IMG/VR virus record: IMGVR_UViG_3300002307_000034
Location: 32,001-96,000 of that record
DNA from: a virus
Strand: one strand, 5' to 3'
Length of the DNA stretch: 64,000 nt
Positions 1 to 9,454 of the stretch are shown piece by piece. The position numbers were made by a program, and so were the translations under genes. A model generated the notes under the pieces. The model was not told the origin of the DNA and did not search any database. It saw only the letters and a program-made list of their open reading frames with translations. Position 1 is the first letter of the stretch, and each line of letters begins with the position of its first letter.

Positions 1-2951
1 TTGTCGCCTACTAAAAAGAAATACATATTTCCCGTCTCAATTTGTGTATTTTCATTATGGAAAATACCAATAGAACCTGTGTCGTCTACCAATTCTACAC
101 GAGACCAACCTTTACCTTTTTTAATTGATCTAACCATAGCCTGAAGAATAAATGTTCCTTCTTCAAGAAACTCTTCAAGTGGAGTAATTTGAGATCTAAT
201 ATAAGGAGTAAGACCTTTGACATCAAACTTTGGAATACCTAAATATTCATAATAATTTTTAGACTCTTCACCAGTTCTTGGATTGTCATCAAAAGCCAAT
301 GCTCCAATTTCATTTAAAGCAGATATTGCTCTTGAATTAATGCCAGAACCTTTTGTTCCAGCAATATCTAAAACATTTTTATACGAAGTAAACGGTCTTG
401 CATTTACAATCTTTTTTCCAATATTTTCAGATATATACTTAATATTAGCAAGCCCAAATCTAATGCTATTACCTTGAATGTTAAAATCAAGATCGGATTC
501 ATTAATATGTGGAAGAAGTACTTTTATTCCAAGTCTCTTTGCTTCCAATAAATATTCTGTTCTGGCATCTTTGTCTTTTTCGTTTTTAAGAAGAGCAAAA
601 ACAAACTCGAGCGGATAATAATGCTTAAGCCAAGCAGTCCAATAGCCAAGCATAGAGTAAGCAACAGCGTGAGAACGGTTAAAGGAATAGCCAGCGTGAG
701 CCTCAAAATCATGCCACAAATGCTCAGCATCTTCTTTAGAAATATAATTTCTTGCACCCTCAATAAATTTATCTTTGAATACATCAAATTCCTTTGCATC
801 TTTCTTCTTACCAATAATCTTTCTTACTTTATCAGCTTCAGACCATGACATCCCGCCCAAGTGTACGCAAGCTTGCATAACCTGTTCTTGATAAATAATA
901 ACCCCGTATGTTCTCTCCGTGAAAGGCTTCATGACTGGATGGACATACGTAACCATTTTATCGCCATTTTTTCTTCCAACATATTCGGCACCTACAGTAT
1001 TCATAGCTCCTGGGCGAACAAGTGCATTGGATGCAACTAAATCTTCAAAATTGCTAACACCCATTTTAATCAAAAGATTTGTATAAGGCGTTGCTTCTGC
1101 TTGAAAGACTCCTTTAGTAAATCCATTTGAAAGATCATAAAAAATTTCTTTATCATCTAGTGGTAATGAATTAAGATCAATATCTTTTCCGTGTCTATCT
1201 TTAATCATGTTAACAGTATCTTGAATAACAGATAAAGTTTTAAGTCCAAGTACGTCAAATTTAATCAAACCAATATCTGCTGCTTGATCCATATCATACG
1301 CAACAACTGGGACACGACCTGAGACTTCTTCATCTTTATCGCTTCGTGTTTCAATTGGTGCATATTTAGAAATTGGCTCCTTAGCAACAACTACTCCAGC
1401 TGCGTGAATTCCAACGGAACGAATTCGTCCACGAAGATCGGATGCAAATTGTAAAACCTCCGGATATTTTTGTTTAAACCAATCAACATTTTTATTTGAC
1501 TCAAATTCTTCAAATGTTTCAACACCTTTAAGGGCTTTATTAATTTCACCCAAAGGTACGTCAAATACTCTACCTGCATCACGCACAACACCTTTATCTT
1601 TAAAATATTGATATGTTGAAATTGATGCTACATTTTTAAACTTTTTACGAAGATAATCTTTAACTTCACCACGACGGCGGTCCATAAAGTCTGTATCAAT
1701 ATCTGGAAAGTCATTACGTTCAGGATTAATAAAACGGAAAAACAATAAGTCAAACTTAATTGGGTCTACTTCAGTAATACCCAATAGATAACATGTTAAA
1801 GATCCTGCTGCTGATCCACGTCCTGGGCCAACCATGATTTGGTTTTCTTTTGCCCAACGTACCATGTCGCCAACAACAAGAAAATAACTACTAAATTCTT
1901 TATCTTTAATAACTTGAAGTTCTTCTTCAAGTCTTTCTTTGTATTGATCATTTTCTAATCCTTTTTCTTTTAAAGATTCTTTGCACATCTCGATAAGTTG
2001 TTTATGTGCATCTTTTTTTGGCTTTGGCAAAAGCTGAAGGTTTTCATGAAATTCATACTCTTCAACCTTGTTTGCAATTTCTTGAGTATTTAAATAAATT
2101 TCATCTGACCAGTTACTTCCAAAATCAAATCTAATTTCATCTATATTTTGAATATAAACGTTGATGTTTTGAAATGAAATTGGACGGTCAGGATATAAAT
2201 GATTAAATCTTTCAAATATATCTTTAAACTTTTTACCTGATTCGTAATTTGCACCTTCTGCAATATCAGGCTTTGTTGAAAGAATTAATAAAGCTTCTTC
2301 TAAGGCTTTTTGTTCTTTTGTTGCATAATGGCAATCGCCAGTTGCAACTAACTTAATTCCTAACTTTCTGCCTATATCAACCAATCCATCATTAATTTCT
2401 TTATCGTTATGTGATTGAACTTCTAGGTAAAAATCATCTTTAAATCTTTTTTGAAACCAATTCGCATACTCAAAAGCTTTATCCATATCATTACGCTGAA
2501 TAGCTTTTGCAATAAGACCATTCATGCATCCAGATAAAACTATTAGCCCGTCTCCGTATTCTTCAAGAACCTCCAGGTCAATGCGTGGCTTGCGATAATA
2601 TCCTTCTGTCCATGCAATTTCAGAAAGCTTTTGCAAATTTTTTAATCCATCATTATTTTTTGCAAGCAAGATAATATGATTGAATACCTGAGTATTGTCA
2701 TCACGCTTTTTAATGTCACGCTTATCAAAACGATCTGTAGCAGATATATATGCTTCTATACCGAGTATTGGTTTCATTCCCAGCTTTTTAGCTGCAACTT
2801 GCATTTCTCTATGTGATGCCAATGTTCCGTGATCTGTTATGGCCATTGCTGTTTGCCCTGCATTTTTTGCAGCAGTCAAAAGCTCTTCAGCAGAACACAA
2901 ACCATCCATTAAAGAATAGTGCGAGTGCACATGTAAATGTGTGAAATTCAC
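1..2951 (-). CDS. dnaE: DNA polymerase III alpha subunit (family C, PHP + polymerase), 3' end outside window
   Basis: Absent from the ORF track because there is no stop in the window. Hand translation from GTG at 2951 gives MNFTHLHVHSHYSLMDGL (PHP motif), GPGRGSAAGS at ~1830-1801 and FINPERNDFPDIDTDF at ~1740-1690. Frame still open at base 3. Confidence 0.95.
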   Translation of the reverse strand, partial: MNFTHLHVHSHYSLMDGLCSAEELLTAAKNAGQTAMAITDHGTLASHREMQVAAKKLGMKPILGIEAYISATDRFDKRDIKKRDDNTQVFNHIILLAKNNDGLKNLQKLSEIAWTEGYYRKPRIDLEVLEEYGDGLIVLSGCMNGLIAKAIQRNDMDKAFEYANWFQKRFKDDFYLEVQSHNDKEINDGLVDIGRKLGIKLVATGDCHYATKEQKALEEALLILSTKPDIAEGANYESGKKFKDIFERFNHLYPDRPISFQNINVYIQNIDEIRFDFGSNWSDEIYLNTQEIANKVEEYEFHENLQLLPKPKKDAHKQLIEMCKESLKEKGLENDQYKERLEEELQVIKDKEFSSYFLVVGDMVRWAKENQIMVGPGRGSAAGSLTCYLLGITEVDPIKFDLLFFRFINPERNDFPDIDTDFMDRRRGEVKDYLRKKFKNVASISTYQYFKDKGVVRDAGRVFDVPLGEINKALKGVETFEEFESNKNVDWFKQKYPEVLQFASDLRGRIRSVGIHAAGVVVAKEPISKYAPIETRSDKDEEVSGRVPVVAYDMDQAADIGLIKFDVLGLKTLSVIQDTVNMIKDRHGKDIDLNSLPLDDKEIFYDLSNGFTKGVFQAEATPYTNLLIKMGVSNFEDLVASNALVRPGAMNTVGAEYVGRKNGDKMVTYVHPVMKPFTERTYGVIIYQEQVMQACVHLGGMSWSEADKVRKIIGKKKDAKEFDVFKDKFIEGARNYISKEDAEHLWHDFEAHAGYSFNRSHAVAYSMLGYWTAWLKHYYPLEFVFALLKNEKDKDARTEYLLEAKRLGIKVLLPHINESDLDFNIQGNSIRFGLANIKYISENIGKKIVNARPFTSYKNVLDIAGTKGSGINSRAISALNEIGALAFDDNPRTGEESKNYYEYLGIPKFDVKGLTPYIRSQITPLEEFLEEGTFILQAMVRSIKKGKGWSRVELVDDTGSIGIFHNENTQIETGNMYFFLVGD

Positions 2952-2974
2952 CAATACTCCAGTTTTAGTTTAGA

Positions 2975-3646
2975 TTACCACTCAACAGATGCTGATGTGG
3001 ATGACTCTAAAGATGAGTCTGAGGTAACTCCCATATAGAAGTTTTCTTGTTCAACGTAAGGAACATTTCTAACTGCTGTCTTTTCAAGTTCAAAAAGCTC
3101 AAGCTTATCAAAATCAATTGGCTTTACTTCAGCTGTTGGAAGTGGAATGATGCTATAACTTGTATCAGTTTTTTCACCTGTTCTCTTTAGCTTCCATGTA
3201 AGATTTGTAATGCTATTAGTTTCTGTAGCATATTGACTAATTTCTGGTGTTGCTGACTTTGGCCCAGTTCCCTGAGAAAAGATTGCAACATATGGATCTT
3301 CTGTTCCATCATCAACTAAAACATTGATATAGAAACGTGGACGACCCTTCCAGCCATCTTTTGGATTGCGACGGTGTTGTTCACAACCAAAACATTGACC
3401 TAAATCATCAATTGTGCAAAGTGCCTTTCGACGATAATCTTTTGGATTTGTATGTTCAATTGCAATAAAGCCTAAGCCAGCTTTATTATTGTAATGTTCT
3501 GAATCTGGATCAATTTCCTGTAAAAATCTAATCTTTACTGATTGTCCATCTTTAACTTGAAGCCATCTGCCTTTTACGCCAGACTCGCTTGATGTTGGCT
3601 TGTCCATGGCCTTGTTGATTGCTGCTAGACCTGTTATTACTCCCAT
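2975..3646 (-). CDS. ssDNA-binding protein, T4 gp32-like
   Basis: WLQVKDGQSVKIRFL start, Cys/His cluster (ALC..CFGCE), KRTGEKTDTSY, acidic/Ser tail ending in W; lies between primase and polymerase. Confidence 0.7.
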   Translation of the reverse strand: MGVITGLAAINKAMDKPTSSESGVKGRWLQVKDGQSVKIRFLQEIDPDSEHYNNKAGLGFIAIEHTNPKDYRRKALCTIDDLGQCFGCEQHRRNPKDGWKGRPRFYINVLVDDGTEDPYVAIFSQGTGPKSATPEISQYATETNSITNLTWKLKRTGEKTDTSYSIIPLPTAEVKPIDFDKLELFELEKTAVRNVPYVEQENFYMGVTSDSSLESSTSASVEW

Positions 3647-3699
3647 GTATATCTCCTTGTGTATGGGGCTGTATTATGCCCTGTGAACCTATTATATCA

Positions 3700-4662
3700 C
3701 TAATTTAAATACTCAAAATTGCTTACTGCATTTTTGATACATTGTTTTATTTCTTCATCTGTGAGATCGCCCACATCTTTTGCATTATGTGGGTATACGA
3801 TATCCATGTCATATGAAGCCCAAGATACTGATTTGTTCTTAAGCCTAAATGCTATTTCTTTTCCTAGTTTTCTTCCTGCCTCATCTGCATCTGTAGCAAT
3901 AATAATAGATGAGGAATATTTATTTAGATTTGCTAAATTTTCTTTTGACAAACTTCCGCCTAAAGTTGCAACAACATTTGGATAACCTGCTTGATGAATT
4001 CTAATTGCATCAAATGATGATTCACAAACTATAATAGTATCGCTTAGCTTTCTTGCTCTGTGTAAATTAAACATAGTAAGGCTGCGTGGAAGATTTGTAC
4101 TATTTTTAAAATACTTTCCTTCAATTGATCTACCTACTAGCCCTACTGGTATCCCAGTAGGGCTATGTACTGGAACAATAACCATATCTTGATTTTCAGA
4201 ATAACCTAATTTAAAATAATTAATAGACTCATGGTTTATACCCCTAGATAAAAAATATTGCTTAGCTCTTTCTGAGCTATTTAAATCTTTAAATAACTTG
4301 TCAAGTGTATCTTGAGAAAACTCTTCAAACTCTGGCTTATCTTCCATCAATGCTTCTAGGTCATCATCAAATGTTTCATATTGTTCTTTTTTAAGATTTG
4401 ACATTAAACGCATAGCTTGAAAATCATTTAAGTGCCCTATTTTTTTTACAAGATCTACAAGTTTGCCTTTTGCTCCACATGAGGGATTGTAACAAACATA
4501 TAAACCTTTTTCATAGCTTACGGCAAATGAAGGTGTTTTTTTATTATCATGAAATGGGCATAAACATAAAAAATCTGTAGATGTTTCAGATGCAATATGC
4601 ACCCCTACAGTTTTTAATACTTCTTTTATTTGTTTTTGATTATATCTTTCAGCAAGCAACAT
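3700..4662 (-). CDS. dnaG: DNA primase (CHC2 zinc finger + TOPRIM)
   Basis: CPFHDNKKTPSF..CYNPSC zinc finger; ESSFD and ATDADEAG TOPRIM motifs. Confidence 0.92.
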   Translation of the reverse strand: MLLAERYNQKQIKEVLKTVGVHIASETSTDFLCLCPFHDNKKTPSFAVSYEKGLYVCYNPSCGAKGKLVDLVKKIGHLNDFQAMRLMSNLKKEQYETFDDDLEALMEDKPEFEEFSQDTLDKLFKDLNSSERAKQYFLSRGINHESINYFKLGYSENQDMVIVPVHSPTGIPVGLVGRSIEGKYFKNSTNLPRSLTMFNLHRARKLSDTIIVCESSFDAIRIHQAGYPNVVATLGGSLSKENLANLNKYSSSIIIATDADEAGRKLGKEIAFRLKNKSVSWASYDMDIVYPHNAKDVGDLTDEEIKQCIKNAVSNFEYLN

Positions 4663-4694
4663 AACTCCATAATATCAAATTTGATATTTCTTGT

Positions 4695-4973
4695 CTATCT
4701 CTTATAGAATTGTTGTCCTGAAAAACCTTCAAGTTGATATGCTTTTTTCTTTCCAACATATACACCATATATTTCTAGGTTGAACCCGTAATTATCTTTT
4801 TTTACATTATATTCAATTGAAAATTGTGGTTCAAGATCAAGTACTGGTACATAGCCTTTAGAACGCATATCTTGTATAAGAAGACGTTCATGCATTTCCC
4901 TTATTCTTTTAATTGAAGCATCATCTTTAATGACCCCACCAATTAAAAAGCTATGTATTTGTTTCTTTAGCAT
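4695..4973 (-). CDS. hypothetical phage protein
   Basis: 92-aa ORF inside the replication operon, TATAAT just upstream. Confidence 0.7.
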   Translation of the reverse strand: MLKKQIHSFLIGGVIKDDASIKRIREMHERLLIQDMRSKGYVPVLDLEPQFSIEYNVKKDNYGFNLEIYGVYVGKKKAYQLEGFSGQQFYKR

Positions 4974-5011
4974 AATAAACTAATTATACTAAAAGAGTGC
5001 CAGACCTCAAA

Positions 5012-6241
5012 TTATTGTTGAATGTCCATTTCATAGACTTCTTTAACCACACCACGATTTAAGTCCCAATCCAAATAGAAATCAAAATTAGTTCCATGAC
5101 GATTTTTTCTACTTACAATTTCCATTATATTGGTATCTGGTTGTTTATGAACTGCAATTGCCATATCAGCATCATATTCAATTGCTTTTGACCATGCCAC
5201 TTGTGAAAGCATTGGTGGAGAATCTTGATCTGATACATCATCCATTGTTGCAGCAGTAATATCAATTACCGGAATAGCATTTCTTACAGCAAGCAATTTA
5301 AAATCACGAGAAATATTTCTATTTCTTTCTACTTCTGATTTAGCTCCAGATGAATCATTAAATAATTGATGATAATCAAGGATAACAAGATCTGGTTTGT
5401 ATTGGTCAATCTTTGCTTGAACTGTATTTGGAGTTACTTGTCCTTGACCTTCATTTGATATAAGTATGAAACTATTCTTATCCATAAACTTATCTGTTGC
5501 CCATGAATGGAAATCATCCGTATTTACCATTCCTTTAGAAAAATCTGAAGCTCTAAAAAGTCCTGATCCCATCATCGTGTAAATACGATCACGCATATTT
5601 TCTGGAGACATTTCAAGAGATATAATCATAGGTCTAAAACCCTGCTCCCAAGCTTTACAAGCTAGGTAGGAAGAAAACCAAGTCTTACCCCTACCTGGCC
5701 AACCAATCATCACGATAAGGTGTCCTGGAGCCATTCCTGTAGGGTATGCTAGGTCAATGGCATTGAATCCAGTTTTAATTCCTGGACTTCCTCCCATAGC
5801 TAACGAACGCTCACGAATTGATTCAAAATGTTTTTCAGCAAGTTCAAAGTCTGTAAGATCAACATCTCTTACTGCACCTGTAAGTCTAGATAATGCATTT
5901 AATTCCGTTTGCATTTCAAGTATAACTCTTGTAGCAGAATTATTTTTTAAACTTGCTCCATTACGCAAAAGAACATCTTTAACTCTTGTGGTTAAAAATT
6001 CATTCTTTAAATTATCTAAATAATATCCAGTTTCACCTTTTACAGATTCTGGTTCAAAGTCTTTAAACTTTTCTTGAATTACAGATACATCAGGAACAGC
6101 ACGAAACTTTAAATAATAAGATTTAAGGCCTTCCCAGACATCTCTATGTGATGTAAAAATATCATCAACATTATCAGATAGAACCGTTGCAATATCTTTA
6201 TTCTTGCAGATTGCAGATAGTAATGCAGCCTCAGTGTTCAT
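5012..6241 (-). CDS. dnaB: replicative DNA helicase, DnaB-like
   Basis: Walker A GWPGRGKT, SLEMS, LVILDY Walker B, IEYDAD, KNRHG. Confidence 0.93.
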   Translation of the reverse strand: MNTEAALLSAICKNKDIATVLSDNVDDIFTSHRDVWEGLKSYYLKFRAVPDVSVIQEKFKDFEPESVKGETGYYLDNLKNEFLTTRVKDVLLRNGASLKNNSATRVILEMQTELNALSRLTGAVRDVDLTDFELAEKHFESIRERSLAMGGSPGIKTGFNAIDLAYPTGMAPGHLIVMIGWPGRGKTWFSSYLACKAWEQGFRPMIISLEMSPENMRDRIYTMMGSGLFRASDFSKGMVNTDDFHSWATDKFMDKNSFILISNEGQGQVTPNTVQAKIDQYKPDLVILDYHQLFNDSSGAKSEVERNRNISRDFKLLAVRNAIPVIDITAATMDDVSDQDSPPMLSQVAWSKAIEYDADMAIAVHKQPDTNIMEIVSRKNRHGTNFDFYLDWDLNRGVVKEVYEMDIQQ

Positions 6242-6563
6242 TTAATTCCTGTTCCACTAATAATCTTGTTTTTTTTCTTAATTCTTTTCTATATTCAATA
6301 TCTTCTTCAGATTTTATCATTATGTCATTAAGCTTGTCAAAGTTATATAAAAACCAATTTAATGGATGCCCTGGCTTTTTGCAATGAAAATAATATTCAA
6401 GAAGTTCTTTGGATCTTTCAAATCCTACTGTGTCAATAACATCTTGCATTGCCCATTTTTCACGATATCTATTTACAACAGGTTGCTTATTATATTTTGT
6501 TTTATATAATGCCAGATAAAGAGACACAAGCGAATATGCCTGCTTTGCATCATCCTTTGCCAT
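6231..6563 (-). CDS. hypothetical protein coupled to helicase
   Basis: 110 aa, overlaps the helicase start. Confidence 0.7.
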   Translation of the reverse strand: MAKDDAKQAYSLVSLYLALYKTKYNKQPVVNRYREKWAMQDVIDTVGFERSKELLEYYFHCKKPGHPLNWFLYNFDKLNDIMIKSEEDIEYRKELRKKTRLLVEQELNEH

Positions 6564-6787
6564 TATTTATTTCCTTTAAGCTCTTTTTCGATTTCTTGTA
6601 CTTTTTCAACTAACTTATCTTCAACAAATTTATATACACGATCAGTTGCGGTGGTAGTGTTTTCACCATCTCTTACCCAATCTTCAATACCTATACCAAT
6701 TTTAACACTTTCATAATTACCTAAATTTCTGGTAAAGTGCAATTCAACTTTAACGCTAGTCTGATTCTGCGTCGTCATTAACTTCAT
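6563..6787 (-). CDS. hypothetical protein
   Basis: TRNLGNYESVKI motif; overlapping operon; start may be ATG at 6778. Confidence 0.7.
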   Translation of the reverse strand: MKLMTTQNQTSVKVELHFTRNLGNYESVKIGIGIEDWVRDGENTTTATDRVYKFVEDKLVEKVQEIEKELKGNK

Positions 6788-6998
6788 CCTTTTTATTTAT
6801 AGGTAGGCCAAATCCTGGTTTAAATTTTTTAACACTCTTATCAGCTAAATGTTGATATAGCATCATCATTCTATCTGAGATAGCAATTATAGCATCCAAA
6901 TCTTCCTTTTGTAAAGCTAATTCCATTGCATGTTCAAGAATAACTAAAGATAAATCTAGTGCATGCTTTGCATCTTTATTTAATTTATTATCTACCAT
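6756..6998 (-). CDS. hypothetical protein
   Basis: 80 aa, overlaps both neighbours. Confidence 0.65.
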   Translation of the reverse strand: MVDNKLNKDAKHALDLSLVILEHAMELALQKEDLDAIIAISDRMMMLYQHLADKSVKKFKPGFGLPINKKDEVNDDAESD

Positions 6999-7507
6999 TC
7001 AGGTTGTTTCCAAACTGGAACAAATGTTCCATCGTTGTTTTTTGCATATAATATTGTCTCATTTCTAAGCATAGCATCTAACTCTATTCTACTAGGAATA
7101 TTACTTGCTGTCACATTCCCGTCTTTTCTTGGTCTTCCAATATGTACTGTTTTAAAAAATTCTCTAAGTTTTCTGATATCATTTTCAGAAAATAAATATT
7201 TACCAGGGCGATTAGACCCGTCTAGGGAAAAAGCCCTTTGTGGTTTTTCTATATCACCTGATCTAAGGTGTCTTTTGATTGTATCAACATGTCTATTTAT
7301 TAGCTTGCCAACTTCAGAGATGGAGTAAGCGTGTTGTTTATTTTTCTGAACATCAGAATAGTTATAAGCAACACGCTTTCCCTCTAAGAAATTCCACGCT
7401 ATTATAGTATCATCTGGTCTATTTACTTGTAAAGTTCTATGAAGAACATTATTTAAATAGAAATACAGAACTCTTTGTTGAGATCCTTTTCGATTTTTTC
7501 TAGCCAT
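6992..7507 (-). CDS. helix-turn-helix DNA-binding protein (MerR/excisionase-like)
   Basis: YSISEVGKLINRHVDTIKRHLRSG HTH-like segment, GRPRK basic motif. Confidence 0.65.
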   Translation of the reverse strand: MARKNRKGSQQRVLYFYLNNVLHRTLQVNRPDDTIIAWNFLEGKRVAYNYSDVQKNKQHAYSISEVGKLINRHVDTIKRHLRSGDIEKPQRAFSLDGSNRPGKYLFSENDIRKLREFFKTVHIGRPRKDGNVTASNIPSRIELDAMLRNETILYAKNNDGTFVPVWKQPEW

Positions 7508-7638
7508 TGTCCTAATGCGTTTCCATCTTTTTTTACTATCCAGCGTTTACCGCAGGAAATGCAGTAGAGCTCCACTCGTGTTTTCTGAGAAAAGACACGA
7601 TCTATAAAAACTCTTCCATTGCATTTTTTACACCACAT
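7453..7638 (-). CDS. small zinc-ribbon protein
   Basis: CKKC...CISCG pairs. Confidence 0.65.
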   Translation of the reverse strand: MWCKKCNGRVFIDRVFSQKTRVELYCISCGKRWIVKKDGNALGQWLEKIEKDLNKEFCISI

Positions 7639-7663
7639 ATTAAGTTTTGTCTTCTAAGTAATA

Positions 7664-7969
7664 TTACTTAGTTGCCTTTAACTTTTTTGTGACTGCATCT
7701 GTTGCTTGTTCAGCAACAATACCGAATGCTGGATCATTCTTGTTAACATAACGCAAGATTACTGGAACTAATGAACCCCAGAGTGCGTTTGCTACAAGTG
7801 CGATCTGTGCACCCTTAAAATCAACAATCGAAATATGGCTTGTTTGCGAAACGATTGTTGCAGCTGCAATAACTTGACCTAACAAGTTACGAACATATGA
7901 TTGAATTAACGCTTGGTTAATTTTCATTATTTTATTGTCTCCTTTAGACGCTAAATAATTTCCCATCAA
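7664..7969 (-). CDS. small membrane protein, possible holin
   Basis: two hydrophobic segments and a basic C-terminus; real start probably MKINQ (~7927) after GGAG. Confidence 0.5.
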   Translation of the reverse strand: MMGNYLASKGDNKIMKINQALIQSYVRNLLGQVIAAATIVSQTSHISIVDFKGAQIALVANALWGSLVPVILRYVNKNDPAFGIVAEQATDAVTKKLKATK

Positions 7970-8747
7970 CTACACAAGTGTAGTTGGGAGAAATTTCCAC
8001 AATCTGTACATGAGGATGTTCACCATTCTCAATGTGTGCGATTGCGAAACCTTTTTGCCAATTATGATTTTGTGTATATTTCATACCATCACTTTTTTCA
8101 TCACACATGTGTCCAATTTCATATCCACGAATTGTTCTACCGTTTGTTGCAAGTGGAAGTTCGTATGTTTGAAAATGTGAGGCAATTCTGTGTGAGTGTC
8201 CTCTAATTAAAGAAATTTGTAAATCATCAATGTCTTTTCTTACTGCACCTGTATCTGCAATTGAAAGCCCATGATGAACATGTATATCTCCAAAACGTTG
8301 CTTTGGCAATTCATTATAATAAATATATTCATATCCTAATGAATCTAAAGACCAAAGTGATTCTGGTGTGATGTCTGCCAAATATTCTGGCATTTTTTTA
8401 TCAAGATAATCAAACACCCTAATATCATGATTTCCTAGTGCTGAAAACAATTGTGCATTTGGAAGCATATCTCTTGTCTTAGCATAAAAATCTCTTGCAC
8501 CTTTTGCTTCATGTCTCATCATAGGAACAATAAGGTCTTTACTATCATTTTTGTGAAGCTGAAGAAATTCTGCTGATCTTCCCTCTGTATACTTGCTATA
8601 GCAAGCTTGATCATCTGTATCTCCAAGATAATCAACAACTTCTGGCTTAAACCATTTCATGACTTTAAACCATAATTCTATAGCTTTGTCATCTTGATAT
8701 GGAAATTGCTGATCAGACGATAACATCCATTTAAGATCGTTTGTCAT
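7944..8747 (-). CDS. calcineurin-like metallophosphoesterase
   Basis: SDQQFP, LGD, GNHD, HHG, GHSH motifs. Confidence 0.85.
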   Translation of the reverse strand: MTNDLKWMLSSDQQFPYQDDKAIELWFKVMKWFKPEVVDYLGDTDDQACYSKYTEGRSAEFLQLHKNDSKDLIVPMMRHEAKGARDFYAKTRDMLPNAQLFSALGNHDIRVFDYLDKKMPEYLADITPESLWSLDSLGYEYIYYNELPKQRFGDIHVHHGLSIADTGAVRKDIDDLQISLIRGHSHRIASHFQTYELPLATNGRTIRGYEIGHMCDEKSDGMKYTQNHNWQKGFAIAHIENGEHPHVQIVEISPNYTCVVDGKLFSV

Positions 8748-8799
8748 TAAAACCTTTCATTTGGGTTTATTATTGTATATTATATTTTATAAGTCAATA

Positions 8800-9234
8800 T
8801 TACTCGTATGAAATTGCAGTAATATGTACAAAAGCTGGGATACCACCAGCAGGAAATGTGCTTGAAGTAATTGTATGCACATCAAAGCTCATTGCATATG
8901 AACTAGTATCAATATTAGTTAAAACTGGAATCATAGGACCTGGTGCAGCTGAGCATTCTACAACAGCACTTACCACTGGTTTATTTTTAAAAGCATTTGG
9001 TGGAACAACAAGATCTAGGGTTTCTTTTGCCCCATTAATTGTAATAGCCACTGTAGTCTGAAAAACAGACATTGCTTGTATTGTACCTGATTGTAAGTAT
9101 GGAAAAACTGAGGCTGAAGCATAATCTCTGCCTTTATAATAATATTGCCCTTTAGACAAAAATTGTTGAACTGATGCCACTTGTGAGCTTAAAGAGCTTA
9201 TTACTGTTGCATCTATAACTACATTACTTGCCAT
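8800..9234 (-). CDS. putative minor virion/tail protein
   Basis: beta-rich, at the end of the tail operon. Confidence 0.5.
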   Translation of the reverse strand: MASNVVIDATVISSLSSQVASVQQFLSKGQYYYKGRDYASASVFPYLQSGTIQAMSVFQTTVAITINGAKETLDLVVPPNAFKNKPVVSAVVECSAAPGPMIPVLTNIDTSSYAMSFDVHTITSSTFPAGGIPAFVHITAISYE

Positions 9235-9259
9235 ATTTTTCTCCTTGTACTATTATACC

Positions 9260-9454
9260 TTATGTTAAATTTGGAACTACAAATACATATCCTACAGACC
9301 AATCAGAAACAGCATTATTGTCTCCGCCAACTGCTTGTACTTGAACAACATATGATGTTCCAGCTTTTAATCCTGTAAGTGTTACAGATGATACTGGTAA
9401 AGGATTTCCTGCTGCATCATATATTATTTGCCCTGGAGTTGCTAATACCATCAT
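9260..9454 (-). CDS. small fibronectin type III-like tail protein
   Basis: VTLTGLKAGTSYVVQVQAV...SDWS Fn3 signature. Confidence 0.65.
   Translation of the reverse strand: MMVLATPGQIIYDAAGNPLPVSSVTLTGLKAGTSYVVQVQAVGGDNNAVSDWSVGYVFVVPNLT

Noticed and set aside
283-1591. Short ORF-track entries at 283-1591
   Set aside because: Shadow ORFs over dnaE, which the track omits because its stop lies outside the window.
3665-3684. Hairpin upstream of the SSB gene as a gene-32-like autoregulatory pseudoknot
   Set aside because: Only a 4-5 bp stem is visible and I could not find a second stem.
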